Assembly: GCA_002269645.1 (NCBI GenBank) | Contig: NIVC01001585.1 | Span: 186,001-250,000 of the forward strand | Length of the DNA stretch: 64,000 nt | Reading direction: 5' to 3' | Source of the DNA: Macrostomum lignano | Lineage: Eukaryota | Shown: positions 13,301-24,635 of the stretch, piece by piece | Position numbering within the stretch: the first letter of the stretch is position 1 | Layout of the letters: each line of letters starts with the position of its first letter | Program-made: the position numbers and the translations under genes | Notes under the pieces: generated by a model | What the model was told of the DNA's origin: nothing | The model's input: the letters and a program-made list of their open reading frames with translations, nothing else | The model's database searches: none

Positions 13301-16300
13301 GGAGTTTGAGATAAGGAGTGAGGAGTTTGAGATAAGGAGTGAGGAGCTTGAGATAAGGAGTGAGGAGTTTGAGATAAGGAGTGAGGAGTTTGAGATAAGG
13401 AGTGAGGAGTTTGAGATAAGGAGTGAGGAGTTTGAGATAAGGAGTGAGGAGTTTGAGATAAGGAGTGAGGAGCTTGAGATAAGGAGTGAGGAGTTTGAGA
13501 TAAGGAGTGAGGAGTTTGAGATAAGGAGTGAGGAGTTTGAGATAAGGAGTGAGGAGTTTGAGATAAGGAGTGAGGAGTTTGAGATAAGGAGTGAGGAGCT
13601 TGAGATAAGGAGTGAGGAGTTTGAGATAAGGAGTGAGGAGTTTGAGATAAGGAGTGAGGAGTTTGAGATAAGGAGTGAGGAGTTTGAGATAAGGAGTGAG
13701 GAGTTTGAGATAAGGAGTGAGGAGTTTGAGATAAGGAGTGAGAAGGTGAGGTTTGGATTAAATTGTTTCTTGACAGGGAAAGAAGAGAGTGATCTCTCGA
13801 TCTACGAGTAGAACGGTGAAAGATTCAGATTGAGTCTCAAAGACCTCAATAGTTCGCAAGACCGCAAAGCTTGAACCATTGTGTCAGAGTATCTGTCTCA
13901 GAAGACCCTAAATTTGATCTCTTTAATACATTTTTCTTCTTAAACCGAGTAGTTTTTTTAATTTTCGATGTGGTGGTCGCTTCGAATTTCATACGCACAT
14001 ACAAAATATTTTGGCCTAGATTATGGATGAAAAATCCGACCTGAGACTCTACAATGTTTCTCTGTCTGCCTCTCTTATAGTAACCTTTACAATCCAACCT
14101 TCAACTCTAATTTGCGCCTATCGTTGCAGATTCAGCGCTGTTTGAAGGAGTCACGGTGTTGAGCAATGCTGCTCAGCCTGCTCATTCTGCCAGTGTGGAG
14201 GCTTGGCTGTTGGCTGGTGAGCAAACTTTTGTATGTGTGTCTTTGCTCCCACCGTCTGCCCTCTGCTTCTCTCCCTCCCTCCCTCTCACCATCTCCCCTC
14301 TGCTTCTCTCCCTCCCTCTCACCATCTCCCCTCTGCTTCTCTCCCTCCCTCTCACCATCTCCCCTCTGCTTCTCTCCCTCCCTCTCACCATCTCCCCTCT
14401 GCTTCTCTCTCTCCCTCTCACCATCTGCCTTCTGCTTCTCTCCCTCCCTCTCACCATCTGCCCTCTGCTTCTCTCCCTCCCTCTCACCATCTCCCTTCTG
14501 CTTCTCTCCCTCCCTCTCACCGTCTGCCCTCTGCTTCTCTCCCTCCCTCTCACCATCTCCCCTCTGCTTCTCTCCCTCCCTCTCACCGTCTGCCCTCTGC
14601 TTCTCTCCCTCCCTCTCACCGTCTGCCCTCTGCTTCTCTCCCTCCCTCTCACCATCTCCCCTCTGCTTCTCTCCCTCCCTCTCACCGTCTGCCCTCTGCT
14701 TCTCTCCCTCCCTCTCACCGTCTGCCCTCTGCTTCTCTCCCTCCCTCTCACCATCTCCCCTCTGCTTCTCTCCCTCCCTCTCACCGTCTGCCCTCTGCTT
14801 CTCTCCCTCCCTCTCACCGTCTGCCCTCTGCTTCTCTCCCTCCCTCTCACCGTCTGCCCTCTGCTTCTCTCCCTCCCTCTCACCGTCTGCCCTCTGCTTC
14901 TCTCCCTCCCTCTCACCATCTCCCCTCTGCTTCTCTCCCTCCCTCTCACCATCTCCCTCTGCTTCTCTCCCTCCCTCTCACCGTCTGCCCTCTGCTTCTC
15001 TCCCTCCCTCTCACCGTCTGCCCTCTGCTTCTCTCCCTCCCTCTCACCGTCTGCCCTCTGCTTCTCTCCCTCCCTCTCACCGTCTGCCCTCTGCTTCTCT
15101 CCCTCCCTCTCACCATCTCCCCTCTGCTTCTCTCCCTCCCTCTCACCATCTCCCCTCTGCTTCTCTCCCTCCCTCTCACCGTCTGCCCTCTGCTTCTCTC
15201 CCTCCCTCTCACCGTCTGCCCTCTGCTTCTCTCCCTCCCTCTCACCGTCTGCCCTCTGCTTCTCTCGTCCCCTTTTTGCATCTTCTTCTCTCCCTTCTGC
15301 CATATCATTACCCTCTTCTCTCCCCTTCTCCCCCCTCCTCTCCCCTCCTCTCCCTTCCCTCTCCCACCACAGTGCACAAGCATACTCCAATGTTCTTTAT
15401 TCACTGATACTCGTATAACGCTCAATGAATCTTGTTAGCCTGCTTCGTAATATTTATAATTTTTTGCCGGCTTCTTTAAAGAAAAAACCTGCATTACGTA
15501 ATACCGCATAGTCTCGCATGTTTTCTTAGAAAAGAAAACATCGCCCTGAGCCAACATTTGCGTTGCTATAAGCCGCCTTGTAGAGAAAGAAATTTGTGGA
15601 TGGCTTTACTAGAGACAGACTCAGCGCTTTACCTTTGTAGCTCCTGAGGATATTATTTTGAAACGTGCTTTTCGAAAAGTTTTATTATATAAAATCGAGT
15701 CGAGAGCCCGACAGCTTTGACCCGACCCCCGCTGACCTCAGTTAAAACCCTTGGGGTCAATGCAATCATACGTACACTATAGCGCATTTGAGTCCGAGCA
15801 CCTTGTCTAAGTCTATTCTACTCAAAGCCGCGGGTGGCCCATTTTTTACCTGTATTAGGTTACGTAATTGGTCTATTATTTAATTTATTCCGCTCGCTCA
15901 ACTCGCGCCGCGAACACTGCCTGCTCACTGTATGGTTGGGGCCATTTTATTTAGCCTTTTTTCAGAACAGATTTTTCATCTTTGTGCACACTAGCTAATT
16001 AATGAGTTACTTGCAATAGTGTATATAGTTTATCTTGTAATTCTTTTATTTCAGTGCCAACAATTACTTCTTTGATTGTTCTGCTCCTAGTAGGCGTTGG
16101 CTGTTTCTTGCTGTTGCGCTGGAGATACAATAAACGAGACAGGTTTGTTCAACTGCTTGCGCATGTAAACTGGAAGTCTAGTCTCAGGGAAAAATGAAAG
16201 AGGAGTGACAGTCTAGAGCAGGAGTGACAGTCTTAGGGAGGAGTGACAGTTTGTGGCAGGAATGACAGTTTAGGGCAGGAGTGACAGTCTAGGGGAGGAG

Positions 16301-17643
16301 TGACAGTCTAGAGTAGGAGTGACAGTCTTAAAGAGAATGGACAGTCTAGGGAAAGAGTGACAGTTTAAGGCGGGAGTGACAGTCTAGACCAGGAGTGAAA
16401 GCCTTAGAGAGGAGTGACAGTCTAGGGAAGGAGTGACAGTCTAGATGAAGAGCGACAGTCTAGATGAAGAGCGACAGTCTAGATGAAGAGCGACAGTCTA
16501 GGTGAAGAGCGACAGTCTAGATGAAGAGCGACAGTCTAGATGAAGAGCGACAGTCTAGGTGAAGAGCGACAGTCTAGATGAAGAGTGACAGTCTAGGTGA
16601 AGAGTGACAGTCTAGGTGAAGAGTGACAGTCTATGTGAAGAGTGACAGTCTAGATGAAGAGCGACAGTCCTGGTGAAGAGTGACAGTCTAGGTGAAGAGT
16701 GACAGTCTAGGTGAAGAGTGACAGTCTAGGTGAAGAGTGACAGTCTAGATGAAGAGTGACAGTCTAGATGAAGAGCGACAGTCCTGGTGAAGAGTGACAG
16801 TCTAGGTGAAGAGTGACAGTCTAGATGAAGAGCGACAGTCTAGGTGAAGAGTGACAGTCTAGGTGAAGAGTGACAGTCTAGGTGAAGAGTGACAGTCTAG
16901 GTGAAGAGTGACAGTCTAGGTGAAGAGTGACAGTCTAGATGAAGAGCGACAGTCCTGGTGAAGAGTGACAGTCTAGGTGAAGAGTGACAGTCTAGATGAA
17001 GAGCGACAGTCCTGGTGAAGAGTGACGGTCTAGGTGAAGAGTGACAGTCTAGGTGAAGAGTGACAGTCTAGGTGAAGAGTGACAGTCTAGGTGAAGAGTG
17101 ACAGTCTAGGTGAAGAGTGACAGTCTAGGTGAAGAGTGACAGTCTAGGTGAAGAGTGACAGTCTAGGTGAAGAGTGACAGTCTAGGTGAAGAGTGACAGC
17201 CTAGGTGAAGAGTGACAGTCTAGACCAGGAGTGACAGTCTGACTATGGACACCTGTTATCCCTATTGCTCTTTCACCCTCCCTCCCGGCAGGAAGCTTCA
17301 CAGGCGGTCGCTGGTGATGGAGGCCCTGGTGCACGAGCAGCGCTGGCAACTGCAGAGACTCCGCTGCTCCCTGACTCTTCCCCCGACTCCCCAGCCTCAG
17401 AGCTGTCTGCTATTCTCGCCGAGCTCCGCGACTAATCAATCGTCTAGTCTGGAGACCTATCTACAGCCGTCGTGTATCGACGGCGCGTCTCAAGTCGGCG
17501 GCGCCACCAGCGGCGCCAACGGCGGCGCCAGCAGCAGCGGTGTGGGATCCTACTATTTCACAATGAGCGGCGCTCCAATCTATGAGAGCCTAGTTGATTT
17601 GACTACGATTGATAATGAGGATTTTCAAGCAAGTAAAGAATGA
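7340..17643 (+). CDS. Uncharacterised single-pass type I membrane protein, 547 aa. Exons 7340-7370, 7468-7884, 8633-9004, 9909-10205, 14130-14216, 16055-16142, 17292-17643
   Basis: All junctions are GT-AG with matching phases (1,1,1,1,1,2) and the total of 1644 nt is in frame. Signal peptide MLLLTLLLLLA; Cys-rich ectodomain with sequons NFT, NES, NAS, NVS, NRS; TM VPTITSLIVLLLVGVGCFLLL followed by basic RWRYNKRDR; cytoplasmic tail with TYLQP and IYESL. The exon 3 donor (caaa|gtttgt) is the weakest assignment. A likely 5'UTR intron runs 6961-7316. Confidence 0.75.
7995..8545 (+). repeat. Degenerate AAATTATCCCC..AGAGATCCCA repeat (~24-27 bp) in intron 2 of the membrane-protein gene
   Basis: Recurrent AAATTATCCC and GAGATCCCA motifs with variable spacing. 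Confidence 0.85.
9016..9862 (+). repeat. 21/22-bp minisatellite GGGATCTGAATAGAAAAGGAG filling intron 3
   Basis: Direct tandem units; source of the spurious GGDLNRK and SIQIPS ORFs. Confidence 0.97.
10260..11135 (+). repeat. 28-bp minisatellite GGGAGGCTGGCCCAGCAACTGAGGATCT (intron 4)
   Basis: AGCAACTGAG recurs at 10561 and 10589; the 28-aa (3 x 28 bp) periodic translations confirm the period. Confidence 0.97.
11780..13745 (+). repeat. Purine-rich 18-20-bp minisatellite (GAGATAAGGAGTGAGGAGTTT / GAGAAGGGGAGATAAGGAG[T/G]) containing a 685-bp direct duplication
   Basis: Unique markers recur 685 bp apart: GAGAAGTCGG at 11871/12556, GAAGCGGAGA at 12221/12906, GTGATG at 12465/13150. Confidence 0.96.
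14251..15370 (+). repeat. 33-bp pyrimidine-rich minisatellite CTGCTTCTCTCCCTCCCTCTCACC[A/G]TCT[C/G]CCCT (intron 5)
   Basis: 11-aa periodic translations in all frames; starts about 35 bp after the exon 5 donor. Confidence 0.97.
16200..17240 (+). repeat. 19-bp minisatellite GTGACAGTCTAGGTGAAGA (intron 6)
   Basis: GTGACAGTCT at 17041 and 17060; degenerate 5' portion. Confidence 0.96.
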
Positions 17644-17833
17644 TGATATTGACCAGTTCTGATTTGCAGCTTAATGTTTCTGCTCAATAATGGTGCTTAT
17701 AATGAATTTGGCTATTTACACTACTGTTAGTACTATTTACAGTATATTGTGAACAATCTAATGCATTCCTATTCTAATAGTTTGTTTGTTGCTCGTAAGC
17801 CTAAAAATACAATCTATTGCAAACCGATTCAAA

Positions 17834-18500
17834 CCCTGACACCCCATTTAAGACCCTGACACCCCATTTAAGACCCTGACACCCGATTTAAGACCCTGAC
17901 ACCCGATTTCAAATCCTGACACCCGATTTAAGGCCATGACCCCCCAATTAAGACCCTGACACCCGATTTAGGACCCTGACACCCGATTAAAGACCCTGAC
18001 ACCCGATGTAAGACCCTGACACTCGATTAAAGACCCTGACACCCGATTTAAGACCCTGACACCCGATTTAGGACCCTGACACCCGATTTAAGACCCTGAC
18101 ACCCGATTTAAGACCCTGACACCCGATTTAAGACCCTGACACCCGATGTAAGACCCTGACACCCGATTTAAGACCCTGACACCCTATTCAAGACCCTGAC
18201 ACCCGATTTAAGACCCTGACACCCGATTTAAGACCCTGACACCCGATGTAAGACCCTGACACCCGATTTAAGACCCTGACACCCTATTCAAGACCCTGAC
18301 ACCCGATTTAAGACCCTGACACCTGATTCAAGACCCTGACACCCGATTCGAGACCCTGACACCCGATTTAAGACCCTGAAACCCTATTCAATACCCTGAC
18401 ACCTTATTCAAGACCCTGACACCCGATTTAAGACCCTGAAACCCTATTCAAGACCCTGACACCCGATTTAAGACCCTGACACCGATTTAAGACCCTGAAA
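17834..18500 (+). repeat. 20-bp minisatellite AGACCCTGACACCCGATTTA
   Basis: Direct 20-bp period visible in column alignment. Confidence 0.97.
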
Positions 18501-19419
18501 ACTTGATTTCTTATTCATTTAAATCAAGAAGCTGTTAAATAGCATCAAGTTTTCAATGTTTGCGCCAATTAATCCCTGCCTTAAAAGTGCCTAACATACC
18601 CGTTTGTTGAACTTTTCTTACAAATCTCTATCACACTACTGCTATTCCCAATTAGAGCAGTAGTGCAATTTGCTTGTCGCACTAAAAATACTCGAAGTTG
18701 TAAATAAAATTTTAAGAGTCAATTTTTGATGCACCCAGTCCGCAACCCGAACTCAACACAGAGTTTCAGCTTTAGCAAGAATCCCTTTCTCTCCCGAAAT
18801 GAGTGGGCGAACCCAGTTTTAATTGTCAGGTTTCGCAGAAAAAAAATCTCCTCACTAATTTGGCAAATCTGCGCCGTTAAAACAGGGCCACAGAATTTTT
18901 AGCTACAAATTTGACGCAGCTTTTAGTTAATTATGCCAACTATTTAGAAGATTTGCCGCCGCCTTCAAACTTGCTGTCTCTTTAGCTCTGCCATAGGCGA
19001 AAACGAATTGCATCGGTAATTGCGAAGTTTTAATTGATCGCGGCTTCTAAATTGCAGACAAAAGAGACTTTTCCAGCCTTTCAGCGGCTGCTTGGCATCA
19101 GCTGAAGACTCTGTGCGGGGGCAGAAATTTGAATTCTCTCTTTTTTTTCTGATCTAACTTTTTCTGCCAGCGCTTTAACAAAAACTCTAATAATGCGCCA
19201 TTTGTTTGTAAAGAAAAAATGCAGTCCAGGGTGAAATTTTTAGCGCCTGATTGGGGATTCAAATTTGCAACAAAGTGCTTGTGCAAATAGATGGCTGAAT
19301 AGATGCTAGTCAAATTCGTTATCATGGACTTCTGAATGGATTCTGGACTGGCGTTCTGGAAGACTCGTGGAATACAAGAGCATTTCTCTGATTTTCGCTG
19401 ACATGAAAGTGATTAAAGT

Positions 19420-19790
19420 TAAGCTTAAGTCCTAAGCTAAGCTCTAAGCTAAGCGTCATGCACCCAAGAGCTAAGCGCCATGCACCCAAAAGCTAAGCGC
19501 CATACACCCAAGAGCTAAGCGCCATGCACCCAAGAGCTAAGCGCCATGCACCCAAGAGCTAAGCGCCATGCACCCAAGAGCTAAGCGCCATGCACCCATA
19601 AGCTAAGCGCCACTCAGAGCTAAGCGCCATTAAAGCTAAGCGCCATTAAAGCTAAGCGCCATTAAAGCTAAGCGCCACTCAGAGCTAAGCGCCACTCAGA
19701 GCTAAGCGCCATTAAAGCTAAGCATCACTCCGAGCTAAGCGTCACTCCGAGCTAAGCGCCACTCAGAGCTAAGCGCCATGCACCAAGCGC
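19420..19790 (+). repeat. GCTAAGCGCC-core minisatellite, 22-bp units changing to 16/17-bp units
   Basis: GCTAAGCGCCATGCACCCAAGA, then GCTAAGCGCCATTAAA / GCTAAGCGCCACTCAGA. Confidence 0.95.
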
Positions 19791-20821
19791 CGCCCAATCG
19801 ATCTAAAGTCAGCTGCCTCTGTAACGCCTCATTATCGTAATCGTGGCACTTCGAGTCCAAACGTAAAAATTTATAGCAATTTTCAGTCCAATTGTCACCT
19901 GCAGCAGTCCTTGGCCAGAGTCCATAGCAAGCCAAGCCCCAGACCATTAAAACACTGCAGGCTAAAATTTCGATTGGCAGTAAAAAATGAGTTCGCCCGC
20001 TGAAGAAAATTCTTTTGTTGCAGAAGAGAATGGCACGGATTCCAAAAGTCGCTGAAAACCGGCCCCCTTAAGAGGCAACTCTTTTTGCAAATCAATGTCT
20101 ACAATGTGCCAAAAACTGGCAATATAAAGGGGCTGCACAACTGCTTTCGCTGAAATGCTGATTAAGCGTCTATAAAATGCATTTGCTTGGCTAAAAACTA
20201 AAAGACTCATAGGACTCAATTGACAATATTAAGTGGACAAAGGGTGGGGTAGAGAATGCCAATGAGAGAGAGAGTGAGTAAAAATGAGTTTGCTAGCTAA
20301 TGGGGGAGAGTTGAAAAACGTTTCAATAGCCTCTCATCTGTCTATTTGGCAGTTCCACCCCCGCGGGTTCCCAGAAATGCCACCATTGTCTGTCTCTATC
20401 CAGCTTTTTATCGCGATGCTGGGAGACAAAGAAGTTAAATATTTCTTCAGAACTGCAGTCTGCTGCATTGGCCCACAGAAGGGATATCATCTTCTGCTAA
20501 CTTTCTTCTAGAAGAGCAGAAACAATGCTGTAGGGGCCTCATAGACTGTATTTCCTATTCTAAGTCAAGTGCCTGTATTCGGGACTCAGTTTAATGCTTC
20601 AGTGCTTGAGAATTTTTCGACTACATGTAGCTTGTCAAATAAGGCTGCTGTGATTGACACAATAATATCTCAGAACTCTTTACTTTGCTAGACAATTAAG
20701 GCCCAAGTCTTCAGGTGCCTTGATCCACCAATCCCAGATCCCACGGTTCTCTAGTATGAAATTTTACGATCCACTAATCCCAGATTCAAATATTCGCTGA
20801 TCTCAGATCCCATCCTCAAAT

Positions 20822-21470
20822 TTCAGATCTCAAATCCCAGATCTCAAATCCCAGATCTCAAATCCCAGATCTCAAATCCCAGATCTCAAATCCCAGATCT
20901 CAAATCCCAGATCTCAAATCCCAGATCTCAAATCCCAGATCTCAAATCCCAGATCTCAAATCCCAGATCTCAAATCCCAGATCTCAAATCCCAGATCTCA
21001 AATCCCAGATCTCAAATCCCAGATCTCAAATCCCAGATCTCAAATCCCAGATCTCAAATCCCAGATCTCAAATCCCAGATCTCAAATCCCAGATCTCAAA
21101 TCCCAGATCTCAAATCCCAGATCTCAAATCCCAGATCTCAAATCCCAGATCTCAAATCCCAGATCTCAAATCCCAGATCTCAAATCCCAGATCTCAAATC
21201 CCAGATCTCAAATCCCAGATCTCAAATCCCAGATCTCAAATCCCAGATCTCAAATCCCAGATCTCAAATCCCAGATCTCAAATCCCAGATCTCAAATCCC
21301 AGATCTCAAATCCCAGATCTCAAATCCCAGATCTCAAATCCCAGATCTCAAATCCCAGATCTCAAATCCCAGATCTCAAATCCCAGATCTCAAATCCCAG
21401 ATCTCAAATCCCAGATCTCAAGTACCAGATCTCAAATCCCAGATCTCAAGTACCAGATCTCAAATCCTAG
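20822..21470 (+). repeat. Near-perfect 14-bp tandem AAATCCCAGATCTC
   Basis: About 46 units, almost invariant. Confidence 0.98.
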
Positions 21471-22744
21471 AACTCATTATCCCAAATTTCTCATCCTACT
21501 AATCCCAGATCCTCACGGTACCAGACAACGGATCCCATATCCAACGATCCTATGATCCCAGATTCTTAACTTCCCTTATATCAGATCCTAGATTTTAAGT
21601 TCCATATCCCAGATCTGAATCCCGGATCCTGCAATCCCAAATCAATAGTTGGCAATTGCGCTGCAGCGCCAGAAGAAGTCCAGCAGCAGCAGCAGATTTC
21701 TTCTTCACACCCGAACGCGATGGCTTCCCCAGTTTTTTCCATCGCAGCGGGTCCGTCTGCTTGAAGCTTTTTTGCAAACTCTGCAGCCCCTGCAGGACTG
21801 ACAGAGTGAAAGGCAGATTCAAGCGCTGGATTCTCCGCTTTCGCTTCCTTGTTTTTCCATTCAGGAAAAATAGTGGGGAGGAGGGGACGCGGAAGAAGGA
21901 TGAAGTTGTGAAACTGCAGGCTCCCCCCCAGACAGACTGGCGCCAGAGCTCTAAACACACACACACACACACAGTCTGGCCCTGCCCCCCAGCATCCCCT
22001 CTCCGTCATCATCATTTCTCTCTCTCCTTCATCAACAACGTGCCATGCCAGACTGGGACACAGCTTCACGGGGGAGCTGGCGAGTTAGGGAAGGAGGGGG
22101 GCGCGTGTGTTGCAAACGAAGTGGCCATTTTTAACGCATTACTACGAGCCAGCTTCACTCTTACACCTATTTTTTCTGCCCCACTCACTGTTGTGGCCCG
22201 CTCTAATTGACACACGGGGAGGGGGGCTATAGGGCATCATCACAGTTTTTGCGAAGCGTTAAACATTAATGTTTGATAGGTGGCGGCCGGCCTGCATTCT
22301 GCAGTCGCTCATCAGAGACCCCCCTGCCAAGTTTTGTCCGCTCCTTCAAATGGCCAGGCCAGGCACAAAGAAGGCAGCAAAGACGCACACAAAAAGTTGT
22401 CCCAGCATCAACACAGCTAGGATTTGCTTGGAGAGGAGCCTACCGTGGAATCGTCATTTTTCCTGTCATCAAGGCCTAAACATTAAAATACTGCGCAGAG
22501 GTGTCAAACTCCGACATCATCGTGTGTGGTCTACCGGCCACCCTCCCACCAGCTCCAGATGTGTACAGCATTAAGACGCCCACTGTGTGACATCTTTGAG
22601 TGGACAAGAAATTTTTGAGTTTGGCCTGTCCGAATGCCAACTGACTGGATGGGATAATTGTCCCACACGCGCTGTGAATGCGTAATCGAGAGGAGGGGGG
22701 AGCGGGAGAGGCATTGCGGATGAAGATTATATGGAGTTTGGATC

Positions 22745-23402
22745 TTGGATCTCGGTTCTCTAATCCCAGGATCCCACTGTTCTCTAATCCCAGATCCCAC
22801 TGCTCTCTAATCCCAGATCCCACTGCTCTCTAATTCCAGGATCACACTGTTCTCTAATCCCAGATCCCACGGTTCTCTAATCCCAGATTCCACTGTTCTC
22901 TAATCCCAGATCCCACTGTTCTCTAATCCCAGATCCGACTGTTCTCTAATCCCAGGATCCCACTGTTCTCTAATCCCAGGATCCCACTGTTCTCTAATCC
23001 CAGGATCCCACTGTTCTCTAATCCCAGGATCCCACTGTTCTCTAATCCCAGGATCCCACTGTTCTCTAATCCCAGGATCCCACTGTTCTCTAATCCCAGA
23101 TCCCACTGTTCTCTAATCTTAGATCCCACTGTTCTCTAATCCCACATCCCATGGTTCTATAATCTCAGGATCCCACTGTTCTCTAATCCCAGGATCCCAC
23201 TGTTCTCTAATCCTAGATCCCACTGTTCTCTAATCCCAGGATCCCACTGTTCTCTAATCCCAGGATCCCACTGTTCTCTAATCCTAGATCCCACTGTTCT
23301 CTAATCCCAGGATCCCACTGTTCTCTAATCCCAGATCCCACTGTTCTCTAATCCTAGATCCCACTGTTCTCTAATCCCAGGATCCCACTGTTCTCTAATC
23401 CC
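22745..23402 (+). repeat. 23/24-bp minisatellite TTCTCTAATCCCAGGATCCCACTG
   Basis: About 27 units; 8-aa periodic antisense translation IREQWDPG. Confidence 0.97.
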
Positions 23403-23435
23403 ATATATTGTCATTGGGAATCGGGTCTGTAGAAA

Positions 23436-23680
23436 ATGGGATTTGGGATTGTGGGATTTCGGATTTTGGGGATTTCGGATTTTGGGGATTTCGGATTTTG
23501 GGGATTTCGGATTTTGGGGATTTGAGATTTTGGGGATTTGGGATTTTGTGATTTGGAATTGTGTGATTTGGGACTGTGTGATTTGGGACTGTAGTTTTTG
23601 GATGCTGAAGAACATGTGGAATCATGTGATCTTGAATCTGGGTGGGATCTGGGATCTCGCGGGATCTGATATCTCGTAGA
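23436..23680 (-). repeat. Short degenerate GGGATTT/GGGATCT repeats (16-bp core), opposite orientation to the ATCCC arrays
   Basis: GGATTTTGGGGATTTC units; reverse complement is AAATCCC-rich. Confidence 0.85.
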
Positions 23681-24635
23681 ATATTTTAACCTGTGACAAT
23701 TTGTGCTAAAAAGGTATACAATCTAGAAGTATGAAGGAGGCGCAGCATCTCATGAATTTTTGTTAAGTCAGTTCTGTCTTACCAAATCAAGATGACTGCA
23801 AAAGACCTTGGATACAGCGCTGTCCTCAATGGTGTGTAAGGTGTCCAATATCCAGGTATGAGTCACCTATCTTGCTCTTATCCTGTTTTTACGCCTGTCA
23901 ACTCAACCTTGTTTAGTCAACAATGAAGCTGATAATAATATTCGTATTCACGTCAAATCAATTTGCTTTGAGCAATTTCAACAAACAAATAGACTGGTTT
24001 GGCGATACTATCCATAACTAAAGTGATTAAAGAGATTTAAAGACCGCATAAAGGACTGAATTCTTCAAGCAAGGGGCACATCCCAATGTTGTGTCACCAT
24101 TGCGCAAAACTTCTAATAACAAGCACAGCCAGACCGACAAAGACCCTCTTCTAATATTACCCTAACTAGTTTCGAACTATAATAAAGACCCTTGAAAACT
24201 CCACTCTTGTAAGGCTTTTGTGCAAACAATGTCCTGTGTCGGTGTTTTTGAAACATCTTTTTCACACTTTGTGTTTTAGTGCGTTGCAAGCTGACTGTTT
24301 GTGTAAATAATATCGCCCTTCAATCCTGGGTTTCCTATATCAAATTCATCCCAGTTATAATATAGATAAAGTGTTGAATCTGCATATAACAGTCATGCAT
24401 TTATCATTGTAGGAAATCACAGTTAGCATATTGTTAGCCTATAGGTGCATGGGGTCGCATAACTTGGCAGTTCTTGTCTATATAGTTGTAATTTAGCATT
24501 TTATTCTAATTAAACATAATTTAGTATGTGGCGTATGCGCGCGTGCGTGTTTAACATTTTATTTAACTTTTTATGGTATTTTAAACACCGTGACACTACC
24601 TTGGAATTGCTAGTGAGTGATTTATGTGAATAATG

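Noticed and set aside
14217-15418. Exon 5 frame continues about 400 codons into the intron (hydrophobic LLLSLPLTISP tail on intron retention)
   Set aside because: The CT-rich unit lacks stop codons in all three + frames, so openness is trivial. A good GTGAG donor and a downstream TM exon explain the gene.
21581-22574. Overlapping 100-180-aa ORFs in the unique island between GATCCC arrays
   Set aside because: No recognisable domain, similar-length ORFs on both strands, and no convincing splice partners. More likely regulatory or non-coding.
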